DNA of 64,000 nt, taken from Thalia democratica (Eukaryota). How positions within the stretch are numbered: the stretch's first letter is position 1; the number at the start of each line of letters is the position of its first letter. The stretch is taken from contig OZ241826.1 of the NCBI GenBank assembly GCA_965202585.1, positions 93,930,001 to 93,994,000 on the forward strand. Direction: 5' to 3'. Under the pieces are notes generated by a model. It was not told the DNA's origin. It ran no database searches and worked only from the letters and a program-made list of their open reading frames with translations. A program made the translations under genes and the position numbers. Shown here one piece after another: positions 1-14,439 of the stretch.

Positions 1-936
1 TTTTTTGTCACCGAAACCTGATTGTAAATAAAATATTCGATTTGCACATCTTTCTTTAAATAAGCTCTTTAAACTACAGTTAACTGAGCAATCTGTTTTA
101 GTTAAAACAAATAACCATATATTATAATTGAAAAAATTTTATTTTTAATTTTTAAACAGACCAAATTCATTTTAGTGTTTGAAAAATTGTACTAAATGAT
201 TTATGAATTGTACTAAATAACTTAAATTTGTGGTTTTTAAAATTTCACTTGTTTTATTAGCTATGTAACGTGTTTTCAAAACTGAAGTAACTGTAAAAAA
301 AACAGAGATCTCTTTATAAACAACATTAGAACAATTTAAATTCTGTAGGTACACTTTATTACGAACTCTAAATGTGATATAATATTTCTGGAAATAAAAT
401 AAAAAGAAGAAATTAACATAAGAACTATTATTTGTTTAAAAAATACTAAAACACTGAGAGGTTAATTAAGATTTTTTTTTAAGTTAACCGGATATTCAAT
501 ATAAAATTTATATTTTTTAACCATAGGAAAATTTTATGTAGTTTCATTAAAAAAACATCTATGTTTACCAAAACCTCAAATAATAAAATTTTACGTTTAA
601 AATTTTTAGCACAAACACTTGGCCATAAGCATCATAAGTTTTCAAAATAAGTAGAAACTTTTATAAAGTATACAGTTTAAGAAGAAAACAAATTGAAAAA
701 TTGATTAAATTTGGTCTATTAAATTATTGTCTTTGTGCAAGTCATGTTAAACTTATCAAACAAAATGATTAAAAGTAATAATTTTTATTAACATGTTATA
801 ATTTTTAACAGTTTTTATTAATTACAAAATAAAGTAAAATTATTAATCTAGTTATATAATGAAACGCTCTGTAAAGTCATCGAAAGAAGCGCCTTAAGGG
901 TAAAAAATACTTGTAGGTTTTTAACATAAAGTATCT

Positions 937-1241
937 TTTCTAGAAACAGTGTGTTTATAAGGTGAAATTTATGTATTACTCAAACACTCAGAACAAAACT
1001 TCATTAGAATAGTAAAGTACTCAACTTTTCAAAAGGGTGGAAATCTGTAAATAAATTTCATGATCGTCATCAAATCAATGTTTGTACCATTTCGATATCA
1101 GATGAAATAATTGTGTTTGGAGAAAATCAAATCGAAGTTATTTCTTACGACGTTGATACATACGAATGGAAGGAAGAAGAACTTAAAATTGAAAATTGTT
1201 TCGCATGCGGATGCTGTATTAAAATTTCCAAGTGCAAGTAA
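937..1241 (+). pseudogene. Kelch-like protein C-terminal pseudogene fragment
   Basis: Reads TVCL*GEIYVLL...IVKYS (in-frame TAA at 958-960), then a frameshift to SKGWKSVNKFHDRH...TISISDEIIVFGENQIEVISYDVDTYEWKEEELKIENCFACGCCIKISKCK* (stop 1239-1241). This parallels the last blade of the Kelch ORF at 17-18.5 kb (AFSIGSEIYVF...IFNIETNEWYEKPC...CFASAKVP). Confidence 0.7.
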
Positions 1242-2477
1242 AAATACCATAGAAATATGTTTTAACTATCATTTTGTGCACTTTTTTGCCTTTTGACTTT
1301 TATGTTTATTTTGTTTACAAATAAAACTTTTGGTTTAGCCAAAAATGAAAATATTAGAAATATTTTAAAATTAAGTTTTGAATCTAAAATTCAAGTTATA
1401 TCTAAACACTTCGGTAAAGTTTAAAAACGTTTGCTCTTTCAAAGTAAGATATTTTACTCAAGAAAAAACAAACTTTTTTTTTATGAAGTGAATGCTTGTA
1501 TCAACAACAATAACAAATAAAACACATAAATCTCTGTTTCTTAGTCTGTATTGTAAAGTTATTACAAAAGTAATTAAAGATTATGAACTACTAAAAATTT
1601 GTAAATAGTCTACTTACAGCTAGAAATATTTTAAATAATTAACATAAAATGTAGTTAAAAAGAAAAACAAGTAAAACTGTAAAGCTTTGTGCCTTTAAAT
1701 ACAAAGTCTTGTATGATAAAATGTTTTGCGATGTAGCTACAAATAATGTACAACTATTTTTATTATTATTTTAAAATAAATTATTCTATTATATAGTTTT
1801 TTAAACTGAAATTTAAAGTATCTAAAAATACCCAAGTAAGTTTTAAAACATTATTTTTGAAAATTTTAATATTACAAATAACAAACCAAATTAATTATTC
1901 AGTGAGTTTAAAAATTTCTTCAGTTAACGTCAACTATCTTCATAATAATTTTGCTATATTTTTTTATTTTCGTATTTTAGCTTATAATAAGCTAAATAAG
2001 GTTTTATAACTTAAAGTGATTTGACTTTGAAAAGAAGTACAAAATTTTAAAAAGCTTTATAAAGTATCAGTTTGTATACTTTTTTTGATTTGATAAACTA
2101 AAGTTAATTTATAAAGGATCTGATATATGTTAAATTTAAAATAAACTAGTCAACGAACGATCGTAAATAACAGACTTCTGAATCTTAAAACAATAACATC
2201 ATAAATTTAATATTAAAATATCAAATTTTAGTTACATTTATCTGGAAGTATTAAGTACTTTACATGTCTAATTGTACTTTCTGAGTTATGTACGTTTATA
2301 TTAGAAAAATGTATATTTTATGTACCTAGAAACAACATTTTTTACATATAATTTTTTTAATGAAAATTAATTATATAAACTTATTATAATATAGTACATT
2401 ACTAACTAAAAAAGTCTTCTAATTGTATCAGTTGATACTCGACAGTCTCAGGATGTTTCAATAGTTTGCTAGAAAAT

Positions 2478-2556
2478 ACATTTTGTTATGAATACTAAAG
2501 TTGGCGCTCAATTTTTAAATAAAATTTTTTTGGTACATTATATCCATACGTCATAA
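2478..2556. repeat. Dispersed conserved module, copy 1 (partner at 55407-55484)
   Basis: acattttgttatgaatactaaagttggcgctcaatttttaa matches 55407-55447 at 39/41 nt. Both copies are followed by atacgtcataa 67-68 nt after the block start. Confidence 0.8.
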
Positions 2557-5500
2557 TAAGAAAGCACGCTTTATACTTCAAGTTTTTCTCACTGAAATTA
2601 ATTGTTAAGAAAAAAGATCACAGCAATTTACAGAGAAAAGCTTTCAAACCAAGTTAGACTTTTATTGAGTTGGTCGACTTTTCCTACTTTAAGTTCGTTT
2701 TTAATTATCTAGGTGTAATCGTCTAAATGTTTCATGTAGCATTCTTGGTTTGTTCTGTTTGAAAAACAATAGTATAACTTGATGAATTAAATAAAAGTAA
2801 TAAAATTTTTATACTAGCTTTCCAAGATAAATGTAATACGCCCATCTAGATTTTTTAATTATCTTAATCTTCACCGTCCTCTCTTCTGTTTTTTATCTAC
2901 GTTTAATTAATTGTTCCAAACCGACTTTCTATGCTCTAAAATTAAACATTTTCTATTTGAGTGCTTTAGTTTTTTCAACTAAAAGAATGTTAAACATACT
3001 TGTTTGTCGAAGACAACTCTATTTCCCATTAAGAACAATGAAATTACAACCTTTTAACATTCAAAATAGAGTCCTTTGCCAACTTATTAATTTTCTGGCT
3101 GGTCTTGACCCTTTTGAATCTTTCGCACCATTAATGATATATTCTATTAAAAAAGAAACTTAGAACCACATAATAAGTAAAATATTTTTTGTACTGGTAC
3201 AAACCATAAAATCTTTGACAAACAGTGACCTTTCAAAATATACCAAGGTATCTCACCTAACAAATCTTAAGAGTATAACTTTTCAGTATTGGGACTATTT
3301 TCTGCGTCTTCAAGGAGCAGTGGGAATTTTCATTTTTCAGTTCATGCTTTTACATGAAAGTGGATCAATTTCCTTATTATCAAAAATTAATTTGAATTAA
3401 TTTCAAAAAATGATTGGTATCTTAGATAAAAACAATCTTCAACTTTTTTGACAAAACACAAGTAATAAATAATTATCACTATCGGACAATTATTAATTTT
3501 GTTATTATCGTTATGATGAATTTGAAACAAGTTTTTGTAGCAATTTTGAAAATAAAGGCTCAATTTTTTGAAAAAACAGTAGTTTACAACTTTCTTCTAC
3601 TACAAATCTCAACTTTCATTATGACCATCATTATGTAAAGTAAATTACATATAAGTTTGTTTAACTTCTTATTTGCATAATTTGGAAAATTTATCATCTA
3701 ATTTATAAAGTGCTAAAACCTTTTGCTTTTTTGACTGAGATCTAAGTCTTCCTTTTTTTAAGGCGAGATTCCTCCTTATTTTTCCGGTCGAAGGTTTTTT
3801 TTGTAAGCTGTACATTTCAAACCCAAAAACTTGCTAAACATATCTTTTCAAATTAGTAAAAAGTCTTTAAAAACTTTTTCTGCAATATTTTTTTTAAAAA
3901 CATAATTTATCGGCAATAACTATTTTAGATACAAAAGTGGAAAACCTTCGTCAAAACTCTACAGTCAAAATATTTGTCACTGTATTATCTGTGAAAATTA
4001 TGATCAATTTTACTGAAATATAATTACCATGTTCCCACATTTACAATAAGTAGATGTGGTGTATCAACTGTTTTTTCCGATTTATTCTCGCCAAGCTCTG
4101 TTTTAAGTGGATTAACTGCAATCTCTGATTAAAAATCGTTCTTTCTAGATGTTACTACATTCCACCTTCAAACAGTTCTTTTATAATAACACTATTACTA
4201 GAACATAGAAGTTATTATGTATGTAAGTTTTTAACATATCTTCAAAAAAAAATGTTTGCATACTGTATTTTTTTGGTGCTCGTTTGAAACACTAGTATTA
4301 ACTGAGCTGTTATTTGATTTGTGAAAGATAGTTGTGAAGATTAAGAACTTTACCTCCAGCTATTTTAAATTTATATTTTTTGATTCGTCATCTCAATATT
4401 TTTTTCTATGATAAAATAATAGGTACTACATGACCCTCATTCCAGTACAACTTTACGGACTTGGCTTATTTGCTTGTTTTGTTTATACAGAAGGCAATTC
4501 CATCTTCAACTGCTGAATTGTCTCAGTTAAGAGTTTCTGGATCAATGCTATCATCAAACACTTGATGATTTCTCATATAGAGAATATTGTTATGTCTAAA
4601 AGGTTTGATTATGTTAGGAAAAGTAATATATGGCTAAAAAGTATAACTAATAACATATATCTTCTTCGTGCTTGTTCTATAAAGCTTCAAATTTCCCAAA
4701 CCTTCCTTCTTTTTGTAATTTAAAGCTTCTTCTCGATCCGGATGACAATATTTTAAACTTCTACAGCTTGGTTGTTTTGGAACGTTTCTTCGTTTGGTGA
4801 AAATTTCAATAAAACATCATTGACAGTGGAATGATTGAAGCCCACTGTGGAAGGATATACGTGATGAACCAGTACAAATGATGTTTCTCTTTCTGCAATA
4901 ACTGGTGAGCTTGCTTGACTTTGTTTTTTTTCAGTTACTGGTGAGTATGCAAAAGTCTCTCTTTCTGCAGTAACTAGTATTCGAAAATTCCAATTTTTTT
5001 TACATATTTTTTACACTTTGAAATTTATAGTAAGAAGTTTAAATACAGCTACTCTAGATAAAATATAGTCATCTAACGGTTCCGTATCTATCACATTCAA
5101 TAATAAATGGATGATAACGAAGCTAAAGTCGATTATGATTTTGAACGGCAGAACTTCAGTAAATTTTTGAAAGTTGTACGACCACATTCTAATAATAAAT
5201 TGTACCACACATTTCCATTTAAAAATTTATTGTTTAAATCAGAAAACGGTTCAGCTGGATTACTTGTTTTGTGTTATCCACAGAATTTGGAAACGTAAAA
5301 TAATCTTTCCAAATTTTTTGTCTTTGATGGCAATAAATTCTTGTTTTTGTATACATAATATTTTATTTTAGTGCTAATTAAACTAATAATACATATATGC
5401 TTTTGAATTTACATGCTTTTTATTATCTTTTAAAAATTATAAAAAACACATATAATTTTTTCTTGAAATTATTTTAGTACTATCATAGTAATTCTTGTCA

Positions 5501-8092
5501 AAAACTGTATCATACTAAATTAAACTGAATTAAAATAAAATTATAATTTGTTGAAGTCTCTTATTACATTTCACTTGATACTAAATCTTTATTATTTAGA
5601 AATTAAACATTTATATTTCTGTAAGATAAGTGAACAAACTTTGGCTTCCATTTGCAATAGTACAAACAGTGCGTAAAAAAATGTTAAAAATTTTTTGAAA
5701 TTAAACATATTTTCAAAGTTTTTATGTGGTTTGTCAAATTAGTATACTGGACAACTTCATAATTTTGTTTTATTTTCAATAAAACAAAGCACATAACTGT
5801 TTTATCATTTTTATTGTCGCTTTATTTTACTTTTGTTTTAACATTTTTCAAAATTATTAACAACAAACGAACTAAGGAGACACAAACATATCCTGCCATG
5901 AATTCCATCTAGGGTAAATTGAATTTCCGCTTGTACAGCTGGTCTAAGTAGGACTGTAATAATCGTTTGAATAACTAGCATACTGTAAGCTTTGGCCACT
6001 CACAAAGTTATTAGTAGCTACATTTCTCATAATACAACTTTAAGGCAATTAAGTTAACCTTTTGTCCAAACTTTCAAACTTCCTGGCCTGAGAAAATCCT
6101 GTTAACAGAACTTTCAACACTCCGCCCTGCCGCTAGACCTGAATCTTCTCAGAGCTGATTAGCTTTTGAGGTATTGGTTGGCTTAGAATATATATAAATT
6201 TAGTTTTCAAGCGATCATGTGATTATTGCAATCATACTACTTGAGATTTTCAATTTTGAAGTAAAATATTTATAACAGAAAGTTTATAGATGATTGAGTT
6301 AAAATCTAATTTTACTAAATCTTATATTGAACTTCATCTAAGTTTAGGCTTTTGAGTTGGCATCATTTTGTTCATTATAGTATTCTTACTTGGAGTTGGC
6401 ATCTTTCTCAAACTTTAGTTGATGTTTACATTTTAAACCTTCAACTAAACTATTTTTTTTAGTACTGTTTTAGCTACGAGACTCGGTAGAACTTTTCCTT
6501 GTTTACTAGGTGCGTATTTTCTTTTAAAACTCCGTTGTTCGTGAATGTTCTTTTTAAACAGCGGTTATAATAGCCTTATCTGGTGATTGGTATATTTTTC
6601 ATAAAAAACATTATCATTAGAAAAAAAAACTAGCATTATCTAAATTAAATTATTTTCAAGGTAGATTCAAACAAAGTTAAATTTTTAATAAAATACTTTT
6701 AAATTACCGAAAATGTAATGAAATTCATTATTGCAAAAAAAAAACATTTATAATCAGTTCTCTTATGTTACTGAAGTTGACGATAAACTTTTTATATTTT
6801 ACCTTGTTCTTAAATTTACATTAAGGTCAAGAACACAAATAAAGTGTTATGCTTTTAAACAAGTGAATTTTAATGTTTTATAAAAATCTTCGTTTTCTAG
6901 GACTATATTCATCATGACTTTGTAAAGATACAGAGTTTTTACCGAAACATTAACAATTCTGCTTATATTATAAATTCAGCTACTCTCTAAATTCTTACAT
7001 CTATTTATAATATTAAACTTATGTACTTACTTATAAGAATAGTATACTTATATAGCTGACGATTTACTAATTTTTAATCATTGCCTTTTCTATAATAGTT
7101 CAAAATTGCAAAAACTCGTCTGCTTTTAGCCTAGACATAGGATCTTAGCGTTATAAAATGTTAATTTAAACTGTTGATAATTATAATCCATTATACCAAA
7201 TGTAAAATTGACTAGAGCACGACTAAATTAAAAACATTTTAGCCAGCATAAAATATAATTGAAACTAAACCATTTTATTACTACATAATTTAAAAATCAC
7301 AGCATATCATCTGATTTGGGACTAGATATATTATCAATGCACAGGCCACCATCAATCAAGGGAATCATAAATTATTAAAGAGTTGAATTTATACAAATTT
7401 AACTCACAAAAAAGTAAAACAGGTAAATTTTAGGTATAGAGTAGAAGCAGTGTGATAAAAAAAAATAGTTTGTTATTTCTGCCTCAATTTTCATTTACTG
7501 TTATTTGGTTTGTAATAGTCTTAAACAAAACCTATATACAGTTGCTAATTGTAATCCTGTAGACTGTATTGATGCTAATTATTTATTTGTTACTGTCTTG
7601 TTTTATACTTCATTAAATTTAATGATATTTAACCATGCTACTATTTTTTATCTATAGAATTTCAATTTTCTGTGTTTATGAATTAATTTCCCCAATAAAA
7701 CTTCATTGTGTATAATTCCATTTTACATTGTCTAGTGCTGTACAATAAAAATGAGCCCTCATTTCATTGAACCCGAGGGTCAACTAATTTGAGTGTATAA
7801 TTACCAAACTTTCTAGATTCTCATTGTCTGATACTGGTAACCGTTGAATTTCAGCATTTGACCTTCTTAAAAGTTTTCCATCTAATTAACTTTTTGGAAG
7901 AACTCGCTACATTCCTTAACTTTATCAGCAATCTTTGATAATTTTACATTATCTGCTTTTAGCAGTTCTAATTAAGTTTTCCTTCTCCACTTTGTCGAAG
8001 CCACCACCACTAATTAATTTCACTGATTTTTCTAGCTCAACAACTCTCTTCTTTTTGGTTACAAGCTCTTCCTTCTGTTTTCTCATATCCTC

Positions 8093-8194
8093 TGGGTGTA
8101 TTGTACTTATTTTATTGTAAAAGGAATCTAAATCATGGTCGTTTTCCATAAGGAAAAATATGTCATCTACATATCTTGAGTTGAAAATAGGTTT
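8093..8194 (-). mobile_element. Penelope-like element reverse transcriptase fragment (catalytic YVDD motif)
   Basis: Minus strand reads KPIFNSRYVDDIFFLMENDHDLDSFYNKISTIHP, matching the PLE RT pattern KP.fy.RYVDDif......f...ln..hp. Flanks are decayed. Confidence 0.7.
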
Positions 8195-10754
8195 TGTTTT
8201 TACACTGGGTGTTTTCTTTGCTTGTTATAAACCATTTTGCTAAAATATAATAGCTTGTATTAATACAAAAAAATTAGATGTTTTCACAAAACAACAATTT
8301 TCATCTTTGATTACAAACATTTTCAATTCTTAACACCCACATTCATAATATTGGTACATTTGACAATATGTTAATCTCAAACCTAGGTTTTGAATATAAT
8401 AATAAGTCTTTTTCGACAATCTTTGGAAAGTTTAGAGTAAACAGAAGGTGAATTTTTTTAATATATTTTTTCTTAAGGTAACCCCGTTTTCATAATCACT
8501 ACGTATTCCTATTACACTATATTAAGAGTTTGCTAAGCTTTTTATTTCGGTTATTATCCGAAGGCCAACTACAATGTACTGCTGGCATTATTTGCTTCAC
8601 AGCGTCCGTGTGCTCTAATATTTAAAAATCTGCATAATTTAATTGTTTGCTGTTGATTAATCAACTTATGGTTTTAAAACATTTCTAGTTGATCTCCTTT
8701 TCAAATCTGGTCAAGATTCATATCGAAAGTTTGAAAAAAAAAACAGAGACTATAAAAGTACTCATGTTTGCTAATTCAATTTTACAAAGTTGACTTTTTG
8801 CTTAAAGTTTCTTATCTTACTTAGTACAAATAATTTAAGATTGCCTTCATATGATTTTTATGACTAAAACTGTGAAAGCTGTAAATCAATTTCAAAATTA
8901 TGCTTCTTGATGGAAAATTACAATTATGGGCAACAACTTTTTTTTAACTATTTTTATTAGTTAACTGCACGCTTTAATAGATAATCAAATATCTTTATAG
9001 TCTTGATTTAGTACCGTTAGTTACCGTTCATTTAAAATTGTAACTTACGATTGGTTATAAATGCTTACTCATTTATCCGGACATATTCGGCAAGATTTTT
9101 TTGTAAACATTTATAGATAAGCATTTATCAAGAAAAGTAGAATTTCTTTTGTAAAATATAATAACTGCTGTTTATTATGCAATGCATAGTAAATAATAAA
9201 ATCGTTACATTTAAAACAAATAGTAATTATGAGTAAATGATAATAAAATGACAATTAATTAAAGCTAGATTTAAAGTTAATTAATTTATTTACTTTCTAA
9301 GGTGAAAAAACATCACGCTTACTAACTTTTTGCTACAAAATAAGTTTGTAAGAGTCAAGCAAGTAAAATTCTTCATTTGTAGTTTCACCTGACCTAACTA
9401 TTAATTGAGAAAAGATTAATTATAGTTTAAGAACCAAAATGAATTAAACTTGTTTTTATAAAGAAAAAACTATGATTTAAAAAATAAAACAAATATACAT
9501 ATCTCTATCTTTGGAATAAAGGTTAAATGTAGGCTTTACTACTACGATATAATAATAAACAGTTGTAGAATATAAAAATGCACTTAAAATTTATTTACAG
9601 AATGAAAGCTGAAATGTTTTATCACACAAAAATATTTGTTTTTGATAATAAGTTTTTTTAATTTTCTTCTCGACTGAAACTGACTGGATAAGTGAATAAG
9701 CACTGTACTATATTAAAATATCAAAATCGTACTATCCATGTTTAACAAAAACTAATTAAATTTTAAGAGTTTTATAGCTCCTAACTAATAGTTTCTTTTT
9801 TACATTTATGGTTTATTTAATTGATACTAAACTAGTCAATTAGTTTTAACCTAGGTTAATAAGTATTTTGATTACATAAGTTAATTTTTATTAATTGCTT
9901 GCATGACAATTTTTTTTCAATAACTTTTAAACAATTTTATTTCTTTTTCAATTTACTTTCATTACTGACAATCTCTTTGAGCAAAACTTAGTTTGCCAAA
10001 AAAAGTTAAAAAATATATGTTTTATTCTAATACCAGTTTTGCTACTGTTCCTTTTACTTGAACATTGAATATAATAAAAGCGGTCAACCAGAAAACAAGC
10101 TGATCAGAAAGCAAGTTGTAATAAGATTTTAAACTAAAGCAAGTTTACATTTGTAAGATATAGCTATAAAACCAGCCACAGTGTGATTGCAGTGATATTA
10201 TAGTCAAGAGTTTCCAGAACTAGTTTTGTTTGTTTGTATATTGTAAAGTCCTTTTTTAAATAGTGTTTATTACTTACACTTGATTTTTTTTGGTTCCAAG
10301 TAGTTAGTTCTTAAATAAGTTTTACATTCTTTTAGTATATTTCTGGTAGTTTAATTTTTGTGTAAAAGTTTTGACCACATTTAGATTATTTACTAAAGTA
10401 TGATGTTCTTTATTTTTTGGTGATTGGTATCTTCTAATTATAAATTATAACCACTGAAAGTCATGCCTACTTTTCATAAGTAATATAGAATACTTTTAAG
10501 TCTAATTTATTTCTAAGTTGAAGTTTAAATTTAATATTGTTTAAGATGTGGCTGTATAGTACATTAGAAACTTTCATGTCCTCCTCAAGGTAAAGAAAAA
10601 CCAGTTTTTCAGGTAACATCTAAAACCAATACAGCAATTTACTTTAAATAAATTTATTTTATAATACAACCTTCTATTTTCAAGGCAGTATTTATCACAT
10701 TTTTATCTCACATACTTTTATATGTTTGAAATTGTATTTCATACTGCATTTTAT

Positions 10755-11136
10755 CAGAGTTTCCACTTAACCTGGAAACCTGGAATTTGACAATTTGGCA
10801 AAAAAAAATTGCAAAAATCTGAATTTCATAAATTTAAAAAAACTAGAAAAGCTTTTTAAACAATTTTTACAAGTCATTTAGAAAAATATTGATTTGACAC
10901 AAAAAATCTACCACAAAGATAATTTTTTTTTGTCATCGTTAACAGTTTTTTTTATCAAAAAACACATTTGAAGCAGCTTTACTGTCTTTTTTTTCAATGT
11001 TTTGATACTATTTAAAACAATTTTTTATCTTAAACTTAACTTAAACTAAAAATAGACCCTAAAATATGTACTTTTAAAACATGGATGAAACTTTAAAACC
11101 TTGGAAAAAGTTTGGCAAAACCAAGTGGCAACCCTG
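10755..11136. mobile_element. MITE (non-autonomous DNA transposon), 382 bp
   Basis: Terminal inverted repeats CAGAGTTTCCACTT / AAGTGGCAACCCTG (12/14 complementary). Flanks attttat and attttag may be an imperfect TSD. No coding capacity. Confidence 0.65.
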
Positions 11137-11401
11137 ATTTTAGGAAAAAATAGATTCAGAGAAATAAAAAAAATAGCATGCACTTTATTTTTGAGGCAAT
11201 ACTCACATTTACTTTTTGCTCTTTTAAAAGCCCTTGAGGTTTAACCATAACTAGAAAGCCATATGGGATAGAAAAAACTATCAGGCAATAAAGGGTCTCA
11301 TAATGGTTAAAATACCATAAGAGTATTTAAATGCAAACAACAAAAGGTATTGTCTTAGTGTTAATCAACAAAGTCACTAAAAAAATCACAAAATTTAGCT
11401 A

Positions 11402-11580
11402 AATAAAGTCAAAATACAACTGACAAGATATAAGTCCACCAAGTCACAATAGAACTGTAAATACTCAAATCAATTAAGTCAAAATACAACTGACAATATA
11501 CAAATCCACAAAGTTACAATAGAACTAAGAAAACTTAAATCCACAAAATCATCATAGAACTGACAAAATAAAATTCCAAA
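11402..11580. repeat. Tandem repeat, about 70-bp unit, 2 copies plus a partial copy
   Basis: aagtcaaaatacaactgacaa at 11406 and 11476; caatagaact/catagaact recurs three times. Confidence 0.8.
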
Positions 11581-14439
11581 AAACTCTCAAGATTGTGGAC
11601 AATGTATGAATACAAATAAGTCACAAAAAATAAAGACTAATTTAAAGTCATAGTAAGTCATGTTAATTAATGTAATACTCTTGAATCTTAATTGCATTAT
11701 GGAAAAGACAATGTTTATTAGTAACTAAGATAGCAAAAACCAGTAAAATGCTGAAAATGTTTTCGAATTAATATCAAAGGGGTTCGCATAGGCATGACAT
11801 TTGTTCAGTTGAAAAAGTTTATTCCATTGTAAAGTGTGTAGAGTTATAAGTTGATTATAAGAATACTTTTTAAGTTAAAAAAAAGTAAATAAACAAAAAT
11901 TTTTGAATAGGAATTGTATGTAAGCAGTTTTTTCTTAATAATATTTTAAAAGAAATTTATATGAGTACTTTGAAAAGATGTTAAAGGTTTGAAATCTGGT
12001 AGGCTGTTCAGTCTAAAAAGCAGTAAATTTGCTAGTACCTTTTGAATACAAGATCAGTTTATTATGTGAAGTTTTCTATTTTAGTTAAGTATTATGTGAA
12101 ATAAAACTAATGAAGTAACTCTATCAAGTAGGGTTCAACAAATTTAGTAAATAGTTCTTCTTAAAAAACTAGTAAACTGTTGCTGAAGGTGATAAAAAAT
12201 TTAGCTGATTAAAAAAAAAGTTTTATAAAATAACTTTTACCAAATATTTCAAGTACACACTTTTGTACAACTTTTAAACAGTAAATTTTAGCAAAACAAC
12301 TTAGCAAATTTAAATTGTTAATGTGTTTTTTTTTTGGTTTTTGTTGTTTTATTGGTGGAATAAGTTGATACGTTGTTATAGTTTGAAAAACAAAATAAAA
12401 TATAACAGCTAGTCTTTTAGTCACTTAAATAGCTTTTTGTATCATTTTGAAAGTTTTTAGTAGACTGGTTATCGAGACTGTCTAAAAATTCATATCTTAG
12501 GTCTATCTACTTGTAGTCTGAAATATATAATTACATAAAAAATTTTTAATTTAAAACAAACCTAGTTTTTTAAATTTTTAGATTGTCAGTACTTTATCTA
12601 AAGAAACTTTTGACGCACAAGTATTAAGTACAAACATAAGTACAACATGACTATTAAAAATCGGTTTCTTTATACTAACTATACTTAAATCTGCTTAATT
12701 TTAAAGTATTTTGCTTTTGAAATTATTTTTTTGAAATAGTTTTAAAATGTTTAAAAAAAAATTCATTAAAGTTGTACAGTAAAATATTTTATCAAGTAGC
12801 TGTTAGTTTTTTTTAATTTGTCACTATAATTTTAATAAAGTTGTAAAATAGAAATTTCTGGCACATTTACTTTAAACTTTTCGAATTCAAATATCAGTTT
12901 TAAAACTTTCATAGTGATTTCTTTCTACTTGATATGATCTTAAGAATAAATGATTTTTTATTGCTACATACTATATCAACTACTTTGAAATATGTATTTG
13001 TACAAGATTTATTCATAACAGGTAAAAAAAATCTATATTTATTTGTATATAGTTTTCAGCAGACTTAAACAGTTTTAATTTTGTACTGGTTTTGTTTTAA
13101 AATTGCAAATTTTAAGTTTATGTTAATATGAAATAAAACAGAATCATCTCACTAAAAGTTCATAGAATTTCAAGAGTGTGGCTAAAAAAAGGCAGCCAAA
13201 AATAATCGGCCAAAGTCTACATGGCCTAAGCCTAAACTTTTATATGCCGTGGGACAAGCTCAAGAGCAATGAAAAAGATATATTACAAAATATTCAACAG
13301 GTATACACCAATCAAAGACATTGGGTACTTATTACTACTTCTTAATACGAACATAAATTGAAATGATTTATAAGTTAGGTTTTTGCTTGTTTGTTTGTTT
13401 ACTCATCTTTGAAATTTTCATGGTGGTCTTAAATTTGATGTTCTATATGCTATTTTTTTTTTGTTTTTTAATTAATCTCTTAACCAATCTCTTAACAAAT
13501 CGTGTCTATAAGCTTTATTATTTTTTAATGTATAGTGTTAGTTGGAAACATAATATCTTACAAGGGCTGAAATAATAAAAAAAAGTTTAGCTAAAAAAGT
13601 TTTGGATGTGTTAAACATAACTACCTAAGCAACATTGGAAACCAATTAAGCTAAAAAGATAGACAACAAAACAAAATAGCCCATGATTTAAAAAAAATAT
13701 GCAATTACATTCATAACAGTTTACATGAATCTTTTAGAACATTTTCAACCTGTGTTCGAAATAAGGCAGAAACTTGTAATTTCACTATAGTTAGTGAGTG
13801 TGAGTGTGGAAAAAAAATTACAAAAGTATACAGAAGAAGTGGTCTAAGACGTGATGCTTGCAGGTGTAGGTAACGAACATATTTGAAGAGAAGTTTTAAG
13901 TACTGAATATATCTTGTCCAAAATATCGTTTGAGATAATTTCAACAGATAACTGATTGAAATTTATCAGCGGTATCTTCGTTTCAACGTAAAACAAGCTA
14001 TTTTTTATTTATGGTAAATGTCCCAATACGTACCTTGCCAGTGCTGAAAAAGTTGTTTTATCGATTCAAAGGAAAAGGAACTCAGAATGTAAAACCTTTC
14101 AGATATTATTTATCTTGTTGGCGCAACCAGTCAAAGAAGGTTATGCTGTTGTTTTTTTGCAACAGAACACACAAATGACATTTTACGCTAATAAACAAAT
14201 TATGCTGAACAACGTTATTTTTGACAAGAGAAACTTCCGTAAAGCCAATACATTCGACCATCCAAAAAAATTCATTAAAAATTTGGTCCGTTTAGATATT
14301 TTGAAAATCTCAGGCTGTACTTTATACTCTTATTTTAAAACAATTTTAATTATATGTTTTTATTAAGTCTTTTTGTTACATTTTGTATATTTTTAGGTAT
14401 TCGAGGTTTTTTTCTTAGTTAGTGAATGTAAATTATACT

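Noticed and set aside
5107-5298. 63-aa ORF with protein-like composition
   Set aside because: No family motif and no consistent splice partners found.
5880-6600. Coding-like minus-strand patches
   Set aside because: Multiple stops and no recognisable family; possibly a pseudogene but unsupported.
6895-6955. Possible hammerhead ribozyme (stem plus CCGAAAC), also at 1-25 and 8520-8560
   Set aside because: The CUGANGA core is not present at the required position.
13150-14366. Short ORFs and less AT-rich patches
   Set aside because: No frame gave a recognisable or spliceable product.
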